This document shows, piece after piece, positions 29,173 to 40,020 of a DNA stretch of 64,000 bases (within the stretch, counting starts at the first letter, position 1; every line of letters starts with the position of its first letter). The notes beneath the pieces are model-generated. The model saw only the letters and a program-made list of their open reading frames with translations. It was not told the origin of the DNA and ran no database searches. Both the position numbers and the translations under genes were made by a program. The DNA lies in assembly GCA_964387845.1 (NCBI GenBank), contig CAYLXA010000001.1, positions 345,038-409,037 on the forward strand. Reading direction: 5' to 3'. This stretch comes from an uncultured bacterium. GTDB lineage: Bacteria > Omnitrophota > Omnitrophia > Omnitrophales > Abzuiibacteriaceae.

Positions 29173-30844
29173 AAAATTGTCTCAAATCTTTCACTTCCAG
29201 AACGACTGACTCGATTCCATCCCATTCTTTTAATTTCGGGGAATATACAATTTCATAAGCCCCGCTCTCAGGGATCTGCTTAGGTTGAGGGTCTTTCTGT
29301 GTCCAATTGGCTTCAAACGTCGCACCATCAGCGCTCACCCACCAACGCAACGTTTGCGGGCTTGCCTGCGTAATTTTGGTTTTGGTCTGAACATTCCGAG
29401 TTAAAAATGACGGCCGCGGATTTCCGGCGCCGAAAGGCTCAAATAATTCGATTTCGCGCAAAACCGTCGGCGTTAAATCCGAAAATAAAATTTCGAGATC
29501 ATACCGAATTGATTTAGTGAAAATCACCGGCGGAATTTGCGCTGCATACTCATTGATCTTTTGCCTGAAATTCCGCAACTCACCCTCTAATATCGAAAAA
29601 CCGGCTGCCAGCTCATGGCCTCCGAACTCTTCCACGTGATCTTTGCTGAACTCAAGCGCTTCGAATAAATGAAATCCGCGCACGGAGCGGCCCGATGCCT
29701 TCCCTTTTCCATTTTCAAGCGCGATCACCAGGCTCGGGCGGTTGAAACGTTCGACCAAACGCTGCGCCACAATTCCAATCACGCCCTGATGCCAGCCTTC
29801 GGACCAAATGACAATGACTTTATCGCGGTTAAAATTAATTTCCTTCTCAACTTTTGCTATCGCCTGCCTTAAAACTTCGCGTTCTTCCTGCTGGCGTGCT
29901 TTATTTTCAGTATCCAATAATTTTGCAAGCTCATCGGCTCTTTGTTCGTCCTGAGAAATCAAAAGCTCGAGCGCTTTATCGCCCGAACTCATGCGCCCGC
30001 TGGCATTAATTCTGGGCCCAAGCATAAATCCGAGATGCGCGGAATTGATCTTGCGGGATTTGATCTTTGCCACATTGCAAAGCTTTGATAATCCGACAGA
30101 ATTTCTTTTGGATATCAATTCCATGCCGAATTTAACGATCAAACGGTTTTCATCCACAAGCGGCGCCACATCGCAAATCGATGAAAGCGCGGCCAAATCC
30201 AGAAGCGAAAGCGCAAAGCGGCCCACAAGCGCCTGCGACAATTTAAACGCAAGCCCCGCTGCGGAAAGCTCCTTAAATGGATACTGGCAGCCTTCCTGAA
30301 GTGGATTAATGATTGCGAAAGCTTCGGGCAAATTCCCGCCGTGAATCTGGTGGTGATCAATCACAATCGAATCGATGCCGGCGTTTTTTGCGGTTTTGAC
30401 TTCGTCAATCGCGGTGATGCCGCAATCTACCGTGATGATGAGCTTGGTGCCGTTTTGTGTCGCGGCTTGAACAGCATCTTCGCTGACCCCGTAGCCGTCT
30501 TTCTTGCGGTGCGGAATGAACGTATAAAATTTAGCACCGAGCTTCTTCAGGGTCAGCGCCATAATCGCAGCGCCCGTCACGCCGTCTACGTCATAATCGC
30601 CGTGAACCATGATGAGCTCTTTGCGCTCGGCAGCCTGCAGAATGCGTTTCGAAGCTTCTTTAACACCCTTCATTAAAAAAGGGTCATAAAATTGATCGAG
30701 TGCGGGAAATAAAAATTTGGAGGAGGCGGCTTCCGTATGAATCGATCGGAGCGCGAGTAATTTCGTAACAAGCGGTGAATACGACAGGGTTTCGGACGGT
30801 AAAGCAGAGCCGGAAACTTCTTTTTGCTGCCAAATGGTATGCAT
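29171..30844 (-). CDS. recJ: single-stranded-DNA-specific exonuclease RecJ
   Basis: DHH motifs (HGDYDVDGVTG, DHHQ) and the DHHA1 C-terminal domain; 557 aa. Confidence 0.9.
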   Translation of the reverse strand: MHTIWQQKEVSGSALPSETLSYSPLVTKLLALRSIHTEAASSKFLFPALDQFYDPFLMKGVKEASKRILQAAERKELIMVHGDYDVDGVTGAAIMALTLKKLGAKFYTFIPHRKKDGYGVSEDAVQAATQNGTKLIITVDCGITAIDEVKTAKNAGIDSIVIDHHQIHGGNLPEAFAIINPLQEGCQYPFKELSAAGLAFKLSQALVGRFALSLLDLAALSSICDVAPLVDENRLIVKFGMELISKRNSVGLSKLCNVAKIKSRKINSAHLGFMLGPRINASGRMSSGDKALELLISQDEQRADELAKLLDTENKARQQEEREVLRQAIAKVEKEINFNRDKVIVIWSEGWHQGVIGIVAQRLVERFNRPSLVIALENGKGKASGRSVRGFHLFEALEFSKDHVEEFGGHELAAGFSILEGELRNFRQKINEYAAQIPPVIFTKSIRYDLEILFSDLTPTVLREIELFEPFGAGNPRPSFLTRNVQTKTKITQASPQTLRWWVSADGATFEANWTQKDPQPKQIPESGAYEIVYSPKLKEWDGIESVVLEVKDLRQF

Positions 30845-30851
30845 TTTTTCA

Positions 30852-30925
30852 GCGCTAAGTGATAAGTGGTAAGTGTTAAGTAAATCGAATGACTTAACAC
30901 TTATGACTTACCACTTATCACTAAC
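30852..30925. repeat. hairpin repeat family 1, copy 2
   Basis: gcgctaagtgataagtggtaagtgttaagt...acttaacacttatgacttaccacttatcact. It shares the cattttttcag prefix with copy 3. Confidence 0.75.
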
Positions 30926-33191
30926 TTTTAGAGGATGAATCCACCACGAGCGGCCCGGCAACAAACACGGTCGAGTAAACACCGATTGCAAAACCGACTA
31001 ATAAAATAAACGAAAAATCATTCAGCGCGGGCCCGCCGAACAAGAAAATAGAGCTCACGACCAATAAAGTCGTCACGGTTGTGAGCAAACTTCGCGCAAA
31101 CGTTTGATTGATGCTGAGATTAAACACTTCGGCAATCGACAGTTTGCGCATCGATTTTAAATTTTCGCGCGCACGGTCATAAATAACGATCGTATCATTG
31201 ACCGAAAAACCGATGATGGTCAAAATCGCGGCGATCGTCTGCAGAGAAATTTCGCGGCCGCTCAACAAATAAATTCCGAGTGCAATTGTGGCGTCGTGAA
31301 AAACCATTAAAGTCGCGAAAATACCGAACCTAAAATTAAACCGGTACCAAATATAAACCAGAATCAAAAGCAGTGAAAGCGCGATGGCTTTGACGCCTTT
31401 TGTAAACAATTCCTTGCCGGCTGCAGGTCCCAAAACGTCAGACCTTCTGACCTCAAAATTTCCGGCACCGACCGATTGAGTCAGGGCATCAAAAATCGGT
31501 TTTGAATCTTCGTTTTTAGACCGAATGATGATCATATTGTCCGCAGGATCGCCGTAACGCTGAAGCTGGGCCGTCGTGACGCCTGATTGCTCAAGTGCGC
31601 TGCGGATTTTTGAAAGATCAGGAGCCGAATTCAACTTAATTTCCTGTAAAGATCCGCCCGTAAAATCAATGCCCAGGTTCTGCTCTTCGCGAGTAATAAT
31701 CACAAACAAGCTGACACCGATTAAAACCGCAGATAAAATGTAGCCGATGAACCGTTTTCCGATCCAATCAAAAGTCGGCTGCTTAATAAGCTCTATCATA
31801 TGAAGATTGAGATTGCTTTTGCCGCGCGTTAAAACGTCAAAAATGACGCGCGTCAAAAAGAGCGCCGTAAAAAGACTCGCCACAAGGCCGAGTATGAGCG
31901 TCACCGAGAAACCCCGGATTGGGCCCGAGCCGAACCATAAAAGAATCGCGGCAGCCAAAATTGTGGTCGCGTTGGAATCAAAAATTGCGGAAAACGCTTT
32001 GTGATAGCCCGCGGAAATCACGGAACGAACGGCTTTTCCGAGCTTCATTTCTTCGCGCATGCGTTCATTGATGAGCACATTCGCGTCGACAGCCATGCCG
32101 ATCGTTAAAATGATACCGGCAATACCTGGCAGCGTGAGCGACACATTGAACGCCGCAAGCAGCCCGATCAAAATAAATAAATTGGTCAGCACTGCGAAAC
32201 TGGCGATAAAACCGGAGACGCGGTAATAAATGAGCATAAATAAAATGACGAGAATTGCACCGCCGATCGATGCTTTAATGCCTTTTTCAATTGAATCTCG
32301 GCCGAGCGTGGGGCCGATTGTGCGCTGTTCAATCACCTTCACCGGAGCAGGCAAGGCGCCGGCCCTGAGAACCAGCGCAAGGTCGCTGGCCTGAGCGTTG
32401 GTGAAATTGCCGGAAATCTGGCCTTTACCGCCCGGAATCCGGTCGCGGATAACAGGCGCCGAGCGTACTTTACCGTCCAAAACAATCGCAAGCCGGCGGC
32501 CGATATTGCGGAATGTAACATCATCAAAAATTTTAGCACCTTCCCCGTCGAGCTGAAACTCCACGACCGGCTGGCCGTATTGATCAAAACCGACGGACGC
32601 GCTTTCCAAATGTTCGCCGGTCAAAACCGGTGCTTCTTCCAATAGAACCGATTCACTCGGACGCTGGTCTTCTTCCAGCTCCGCCAACTCGTAACCTGAA
32701 GGCATTGCAGCAGGAATTGATTCGGCGACTTTTTCAACTTCGGCTTTTGCGGAATCGGCAGGATTTTCTTGAGGTTTCTCATCCGCTTTTTCGGGATTTG
32801 CAGCCGCAATGGCTTGCCTTAAGAGTGCATCATCATCGCTGACAAGTTTGAATTCCAAATGCGCCGTTTGCGAAACAATGTCGCGTGCACGCAATTCATC
32901 GGTAAGGCCAGGCAGCTGGACCACAATTTCTTCGCGGCCCTGCCTCGTGATACTGGGTTCGCGGACGCCGAATTGATCAACGCGGTTCCGGATAATTTCA
33001 ACGGCACGGTCAATGGCGCCTTCGTGCTGTTTTTCCGGCAGCTTCTCCGTATCAACGCGCAGTAATAAGTGGATACCGCCTTTTAAATCAAGGCCGAGAT
33101 GGATTTTTTCTTGAGGTGGGTAAGCTGCCCACAAACATCCGCCGATCACGGCGAGTATCAGAATGACTTTCCATTTAAAATTTTTATCCAT
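30921..33191 (-). CDS. secDF: protein translocase subunit SecDF (fused)
   Basis: SecD N-terminal TM plus a large periplasmic domain, then the SecF module from FDWIGKRFIGYILSAVLIG; 756 aa. Confidence 0.9.
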   Translation of the reverse strand: MDKNFKWKVILILAVIGGCLWAAYPPQEKIHLGLDLKGGIHLLLRVDTEKLPEKQHEGAIDRAVEIIRNRVDQFGVREPSITRQGREEIVVQLPGLTDELRARDIVSQTAHLEFKLVSDDDALLRQAIAAANPEKADEKPQENPADSAKAEVEKVAESIPAAMPSGYELAELEEDQRPSESVLLEEAPVLTGEHLESASVGFDQYGQPVVEFQLDGEGAKIFDDVTFRNIGRRLAIVLDGKVRSAPVIRDRIPGGKGQISGNFTNAQASDLALVLRAGALPAPVKVIEQRTIGPTLGRDSIEKGIKASIGGAILVILFMLIYYRVSGFIASFAVLTNLFILIGLLAAFNVSLTLPGIAGIILTIGMAVDANVLINERMREEMKLGKAVRSVISAGYHKAFSAIFDSNATTILAAAILLWFGSGPIRGFSVTLILGLVASLFTALFLTRVIFDVLTRGKSNLNLHMIELIKQPTFDWIGKRFIGYILSAVLIGVSLFVIITREEQNLGIDFTGGSLQEIKLNSAPDLSKIRSALEQSGVTTAQLQRYGDPADNMIIIRSKNEDSKPIFDALTQSVGAGNFEVRRSDVLGPAAGKELFTKGVKAIALSLLLILVYIWYRFNFRFGIFATLMVFHDATIALGIYLLSGREISLQTIAAILTIIGFSVNDTIVIYDRARENLKSMRKLSIAEVFNLSINQTFARSLLTTVTTLLVVSSIFLFGGPALNDFSFILLVGFAIGVYSTVFVAGPLVVDSSSKS

Positions 33192-33194
33192 GAT

Positions 33195-33467
33195 TTACTT
33201 CCTCATATCGCTGACATGGGTGCGCAAAATTTCAAGCTTTGATTCACCTTCTCCGACTTTTATGACAACATAGTCATCTTGAAGCGTATGGATAGTTCCG
33301 ATGATACCGCCGGCCGTGACGACTTTGTCGCCCTTTTTCAGGCCCTTGATCATGTTCTGGTGCTCTTTTTGCTTCTTTTGCTGCGGGCGTATTAATAGGA
33401 AGTAAAAAATAACAAAAATAAAAATCATCGGCGCGAAGGCCATGATCGGATTTGCCTGCTGCTCCAT
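33195..33467 (-). CDS. yajC: preprotein translocase subunit YajC
   Basis: FIFVIFYFLLIRPQQKKQKEHQNMIKGLKKGDKVVTAGGIIGTI is a canonical YajC sequence. Confidence 0.9.
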   Translation of the reverse strand: MEQQANPIMAFAPMIFIFVIFYFLLIRPQQKKQKEHQNMIKGLKKGDKVVTAGGIIGTIHTLQDDYVVIKVGEGESKLEILRTHVSDMRK

Positions 33468-33479
33468 TTTAAAGTCCTT

Positions 33480-34999
<1,520 letters not shown>

Positions 35000-35005
35000 T
35001 TTTTC

Positions 35006-35082
35006 AGTTGTAAGTCGTAAGTGGCAAGTGTTAAGTTGATTGATTAACTTAGCACTTACAACTTACCACTTATCACTCGTTA
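35006..35082. repeat. hairpin repeat family 1, copy 3
   Basis: agttgtaagtcgtaagtggcaagtgttaagt...cttagcacttacaacttaccacttatcactcgttaatc. The right arm is near-identical to copy 1. Confidence 0.75.
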
Positions 35083-35083
35083 A

Positions 35084-36154
35084 TCAAATAATCAGCATCG
35101 CATCGCCATAGGAATAAAACCGGTAACGATTTTGAATGGCTGTTTGATACGCCTGTTTTAAATTTTCAACACCGCAAAATGCCGACACGAGCATGAGCAG
35201 CGTTGTCTTCGGTAAATGAAAGTTTGTGATCATCGCATCCACGATTTTAAATTCATACGGCGGATAAATAAACAAGTTTGTATCGCCCCGCTTTGGCTCC
35301 ACTTCGCACGGAATTGAATTTTTGGCGGCCGATTCGAGCGTCCGGACAACCGTTGTACCGCAGGCAATGACACGCCGGCCGGCAGTTTTGGCGAAATTAA
35401 TGAGCTCCGCGGTTTCATCCGGAATTTCAAAATATTCCGAATGCATTTGATGCTGCTCGATTTGGTCGTGAGCAACCGGCTGAAATGTTCCGTAGCCGAC
35501 ATGCAGTGTCACATAAGCAATTTGAATTCCTTTCGCTTCGATTTTTTTCAAAAGCGCTTCATCAAAATGAAGGCCGGCTGTCGGGCTTGCAACCGCACCC
35601 GGCTTACGCGCAAAAACCGTTTGATAAAGATCGCGGTCAATTTCGGAATCGGGCCTATCGATATAAGGCGGCAGCGGCACGCAGCCGATTTTATCGAGCT
35701 TTGTCTTTAAATCTCCTGTACCCTGAAATTCGAGATGGCGAATTCCGGTTGTGCCGTCAGCCGAATCTAAGACTTTTGCTTTTAGTTCAATTCCATCTGC
35801 AGAAAAATTCAAAACATGAGTTTCTTTCACGCGGCCCGAAGGTTTGAGCAGCGCTTCCCATCGATTGTTGCCTTGGTCTTTCAGCAAAAGCACTTCGACC
35901 GATCCGCCGGATTCTTTTTTGGCAAAAAGCCGTGCCGGCAGAACTTTGGTGTCGTTTAGAATCAAAAGATCGCCAGGAATCAAATAATCGAGAAGATTTG
36001 AAAAATGGCGATGCTCGATTTTGCCGCCTTCGCGGCCCAAAACCAAAAGCCGGGCTGCGGAACGTTCCGGATTGGCTTCTTGCGCAATCAACTCCTGCGG
36101 TAAAGCGTAATCGAAATCGCTTAATTTCAGCGGATAGCGTTTAGCGGATAGCAT
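35084..36154 (-). CDS. queA: S-adenosylmethionine:tRNA ribosyltransferase-isomerase
   Basis: VASPTAGLHF, LPPYI and QueA-length collinearity. Classic queA-tgt-yajC-secDF operon order. Confidence 0.95.
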   Translation of the reverse strand: MLSAKRYPLKLSDFDYALPQELIAQEANPERSAARLLVLGREGGKIEHRHFSNLLDYLIPGDLLILNDTKVLPARLFAKKESGGSVEVLLLKDQGNNRWEALLKPSGRVKETHVLNFSADGIELKAKVLDSADGTTGIRHLEFQGTGDLKTKLDKIGCVPLPPYIDRPDSEIDRDLYQTVFARKPGAVASPTAGLHFDEALLKKIEAKGIQIAYVTLHVGYGTFQPVAHDQIEQHQMHSEYFEIPDETAELINFAKTAGRRVIACGTTVVRTLESAAKNSIPCEVEPKRGDTNLFIYPPYEFKIVDAMITNFHLPKTTLLMLVSAFCGVENLKQAYQTAIQNRYRFYSYGDAMLII

Positions 36155-36314
36155 ATAGGAAAGAAAGGTGTTTCATAAATAAAACATTTTTTGGTCGATT
36201 TTTTTGATTTTTTTCTATACGCTGTACGCTATCCGCTACTCATAACGCGCCCGCCCCACAGGGGCTGGCGCTTAACTTTGATAAATAACCGTCTTGAAAT
36301 CCTAGAGTAGTTAA

Positions 36315-36388
<74 letters not shown>

Positions 36389-36544
36389 TAGCTACATTAT
36401 ATTGCTATTTGATTATTAATAAAAGCTATGCGCCAGTCCTGACTACATCAGAAAAGATTTTCAAAGTCAGGGCGGGCGACAACTTACATGGCACTTGCAC
36501 CGATGCGCAAGTGCCTGTAGTGCGAGGGTCAATGATACCCTCGC

Positions 36545-37798
36545 CTACAGGTCTAACAACTCAGACAACTTATCAATTCCCTTCTCAGCCATCGAGACAA
36601 GGCCTTCCGATTTATACATTTTCTTATAAGAACTGCCGGGATAATAAAATTCGGTGATTTCTTTGTAGGTTTTGCCGAAATCCGACATGTTTTTGGCCCC
36701 CCACTGGCAAAACCCGACACCGTGCCCCCATCCGAAACCTTCGATACGAATCTCGCCGCCTTGAAGCGACAGCTTGGCTTTTGTGCTGCGAATCACTTCC
36801 GGCCCGACGAACACACGAAAATCATTCGCCATTAACTTCAAAACGCCTTTTTCATGGTCAATCACGGCAAATTTGGCGCGCCCGGAGTCATCATAATCTC
36901 TAAATTCGATATTCGAAATCGGGCTCATGGTGTAACCGCGCGCCGCAATCTTGGATTCGATTTCCTTTAATGAAACTGAATTTTGCCAATGATAATGCTT
37001 GGTTCCGACACAATAAGGGCACGGCGTTCCTTCAAGCACTTGATTACGTTCAATCCGCCACACATTTTCCGCGCGCGTTGTGTGTCCGCCGCAGCAAGAA
37101 TGAAAAAAAGCCGGGAATATGTTTCCCTTAAAAGTGAGCACTTCCCCGCGCGTCGCATCCACCGCCATACTTGTGTTTACTTTTTCCGTGCTTTTTCCTT
37201 TATAAACCTGGCTCATGACATCCGACTCCAAAAAATAAAGATCTTTTTGTTTATCAAGCGACCGGAAAAGCGCGTAGGTCCTTGAAATAACGGCATGCGC
37301 TTTCAAAACTTCCTGTGACCACTCAGGATTCGCTTCCCAGGGCAAAACGCCCTTGATGTAATTTTCGATATCAATTTCATTGATAACCATTAGTTTTCCG
37401 CTTTGATCCCGCACGATGTGCAAATGGTCGCGGTATTCGCGGTTTTTATTGATTTTGAAATAGCCATGATCGGTGGAGATGCGGATATGCGATCCGGCGT
37501 AAAACCTGGAACCGACTTCAATGCCGCCTGCAGCTGGTTTCACCAAAACATCGGGCATCGAGTTGCCGCGCCCAATCATTAAAAAAGACGGCATTTTGGA
37601 AATTGTGTACGGAAAAGGCGTCGACAAGCTGAAACTATTTTGATCGCGCAAAATCGCGACTTTGACATAAAAAGGCTCCGGAATTGTTACGGGAAACAGG
37701 ATAGAGGAACGCAAAAGCGGGGTTTCCTGCGGAATCGTAGCGCCAAACTGTAAAACAATTAAGAAAACGGCCAGAGCTCCCTTTGCCAGTTTTTTCAT
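36545..37798 (-). CDS. SpoIID/LytB-domain protein (amidase enhancer-like)
   Basis: Signal peptide, then HAVISRTYALF...QVYKG...AVDATRGEVLTFKGNIFPAFFHSCCGGHT, characteristic of the SpoIID/LytB domain. Confidence 0.75.
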   Translation of the reverse strand: MKKLAKGALAVFLIVLQFGATIPQETPLLRSSILFPVTIPEPFYVKVAILRDQNSFSLSTPFPYTISKMPSFLMIGRGNSMPDVLVKPAAGGIEVGSRFYAGSHIRISTDHGYFKINKNREYRDHLHIVRDQSGKLMVINEIDIENYIKGVLPWEANPEWSQEVLKAHAVISRTYALFRSLDKQKDLYFLESDVMSQVYKGKSTEKVNTSMAVDATRGEVLTFKGNIFPAFFHSCCGGHTTRAENVWRIERNQVLEGTPCPYCVGTKHYHWQNSVSLKEIESKIAARGYTMSPISNIEFRDYDDSGRAKFAVIDHEKGVLKLMANDFRVFVGPEVIRSTKAKLSLQGGEIRIEGFGWGHGVGFCQWGAKNMSDFGKTYKEITEFYYPGSSYKKMYKSEGLVSMAEKGIDKLSELLDL

Positions 37799-37845
37799 AC
37801 TGACAACTTATCCGCTAAAAAGATAAATTTCAAGGCAAAAGATGT

Positions 37846-38400
37846 TTAAACTTTGGCTATGAGGACAGCGTGATGATTTTCGAGGACGTCTTTCGTTTCT
37901 TGAAGGCCAAGCTGGTGGATGGGGTAAGAACAAAGCCCGATGCACGGAAATTGATGAATGATAGACTGGCCCTTTCGTTCATATTCGCGGAGCTCGGGCC
38001 ATAAATGCGGCTTGAAACCGCTGCCGTCCCCTGCGGCTCGGACAATTTTAAATCCTTTTTGAAGCGCTTCGGCAACTTTCTTTTGATACTTTTCCAAAAC
38101 TAAATCACCATCAAAGGTTTCGCCGTCGCCATACCAGGCAATGTGGGGCACAATTTCGAAACCGCCTGCGAGTGAATGTTCATGAAAATTCCGGAGCTGG
38201 CCTGAAATAATTTCGCGCGCATGCTTGACTGTCATGTAATCGGGAACAACCCAAAAGCAAAAATTTCCCTTATCGATGCCGGCCTGCCAATACGGCAGCA
38301 ATACTTTGATAAGGTCTTCTTGGGTTTTGTAAAATTGGTAGAAATGTTTGCCAGGCGCTACATCATGCAGCAAATCAAAGTCGTCAGTGAACGGGACCAT
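37846..38400 (-). CDS. hypothetical cytoplasmic protein
   Basis: 184-aa ORF with no signal peptide. Faint resemblance to MEDS-type sensory domains (HFYQFY...GNFCFWVV), but not assertable. Confidence 0.45.
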   Translation of the reverse strand: MVPFTDDFDLLHDVAPGKHFYQFYKTQEDLIKVLLPYWQAGIDKGNFCFWVVPDYMTVKHAREIISGQLRNFHEHSLAGGFEIVPHIAWYGDGETFDGDLVLEKYQKKVAEALQKGFKIVRAAGDGSGFKPHLWPELREYERKGQSIIHQFPCIGLCSYPIHQLGLQETKDVLENHHAVLIAKV

Positions 38401-38552
38401 TTTATTTTGGCGGTTGAGAGTTTTTATCTATATTTAAATAGTAGCACTCCTAGCATCAAATACTAGGACGCGCAATAAATTATCGTAAGTTATTTATTTA
38501 CAATAGCTTACGCATACTTAAAGAACCACCACAGATACAATACAAAAACAAA

Positions 38553-38590
38553 ATGCCCGAGCTTATGAGATATAAACTCGGGCATTTGTC
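38553..38590 (-). terminator. Rho-independent terminator for the peptidoglycan-binding lipoprotein gene
   Basis: atgcccgag(N)ctcgggcat 9-bp stem. On the minus strand it is followed by uuuuguuuuugu. Confidence 0.6.
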
Positions 38591-38614
38591 AAAGACTGGC
38601 GTAGAGTTCGAAGC

Positions 38615-39070
38615 TTACTTAATCACTGATGAGCCGCTGGGAAGATAAGCCTTCAACTTATCCCAGGTTTTCTTGCCGACAACACCATCCGCATGGAGTC
38701 CGTTGTCCTGCTGAAAGCGGCGGACAGCTTCGCGGCTTGTAGAACCGATTTCACCGTCAATCGCCCCGTCATAATAACCGGCCGCTTTTAAAGCTTGCTG
38801 AATGTCGGCTGCCGGAAGTTCAAATCCGGAAGGTGTCCGGTACATAATCGATCCGCCGCGAGAAGCAGAAACAGGCTTTGAACCAAAAAAGGACGGCCGC
38901 TGCTGATTTTGAGCGTCCAACCGTGCGACTTCACCGGACAAAGTCGTCACTTGAGCTTGTAAAGCGTTGACATCCCGATTGTATTTTTTCTTGGAAACGC
39001 AGCCGGTCGTGGCAATCATGGCAACAAAGCCGACAACGAGGACGATTCGAGCGGAACGATCGAACTTCAT
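38615..39070 (-). CDS. lipoprotein with C-terminal peptidoglycan-binding (PG_binding_1-like) domain
   Basis: Lipobox MIATTGC. Coiled-coil segment, then LKAAGYYDGAIDGEIGSTSREAVRRFQQDNGLHADGVVGKKTW. Confidence 0.7.
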   Translation of the reverse strand: MKFDRSARIVLVVGFVAMIATTGCVSKKKYNRDVNALQAQVTTLSGEVARLDAQNQQRPSFFGSKPVSASRGGSIMYRTPSGFELPAADIQQALKAAGYYDGAIDGEIGSTSREAVRRFQQDNGLHADGVVGKKTWDKLKAYLPSGSSVIK

Positions 39071-39174
39071 GATGAATTCTCCTTGCAGAAAGTTGAGGGT
39101 TGAGTTTTAAAAAATTTAAGAATAATGAAACCAAACGTATGATACATCAGCACTTATCAAAGTCAACGACAATC

Positions 39175-39978
39175 TCACTCAGGCCGTATGGCAAACAGCA
39201 TGAATTCCGTGTGCGATACCATGCGTTGCTCCGGCCTCGTCTTCCCCGGCCGTGCCAAAATTCCGCGCACCAAAACTTCCTGCGCTTCGATCATGATAAA
39301 GCCCGCGCGCTCCAAAGCACCGGCCATCGTTTCGATCTGATTGTAAGTGGGATTGAGACTCGCAAGCCGTCCGCCCGGACGAAGTGCTTGCTTCGCATTC
39401 TCTGCTTCATGCCACGGCTCCGGAACATCCAAAACGATTGCATCCACGCCTTCATCTTCGAAAGGTTCGTGCCCGGTGCGCGTTTTGAAAGTTACGTAAT
39501 CCGCAAGTTTTGCTTTTTTCAAATTAGCACCTGCCAATTTCATAAAATCTTCACGTACATCATAACTATAAATATGTCCGTTCGGCGCCACTTGTGATGA
39601 GAGTGCGAGCGTCAGCGCGCCGGAGCCGACGCCGACTTCGATCACTCGGCTTCCGGTTCGGATTCCGCAATGCATCATCAGCACCGCGGCGTCTTTCGGA
39701 TAAATAATTCCGCTTTCGCGCCGTGCTTTCATGATAAAATCCTCGATCGTCGGATCGAGCAGCAAAGCTTTAACGTTGGACGGTTCAAATTCGATCCAGC
39801 TACCGTAGGATTTTCCGATCAAATCCTTCAGCTTGATCGGACGGCCGCAGTGAATGCTATGGGTTTTTTCGGGATCAACCGTCACATAGTAAGTTTTATC
39901 ATCATCGAACCAAATGAGGAGCGGGTCGCCGGCTTCGATTAATCTTTTAGGAGATATGGCAGTTTCCTGAGTTGTCAT
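39175..39978 (-). CDS. tRNA (adenine-N1)-methyltransferase TrmI/Gcd14-like
   Basis: IYPKDAAVLMMHCGI...VIEVGVGSGALTLAL...LDVPEPW; SAM-methyltransferase fold with TrmI-like N-terminal beta domain. Confidence 0.8.
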   Translation of the reverse strand: MTTQETAISPKRLIEAGDPLLIWFDDDKTYYVTVDPEKTHSIHCGRPIKLKDLIGKSYGSWIEFEPSNVKALLLDPTIEDFIMKARRESGIIYPKDAAVLMMHCGIRTGSRVIEVGVGSGALTLALSSQVAPNGHIYSYDVREDFMKLAGANLKKAKLADYVTFKTRTGHEPFEDEGVDAIVLDVPEPWHEAENAKQALRPGGRLASLNPTYNQIETMAGALERAGFIMIEAQEVLVRGILARPGKTRPEQRMVSHTEFMLFAIRPE

Positions 39979-40020
39979 AGGGCACCTATCTTACTCAGGA
40001 AACCGATTGAATCAACCAGA

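Noticed and set aside
37846-38400. MEDS-domain assignment for the 184-aa hypothetical
   Set aside because: The resemblance is based on a few residues and I cannot verify it without a profile search.
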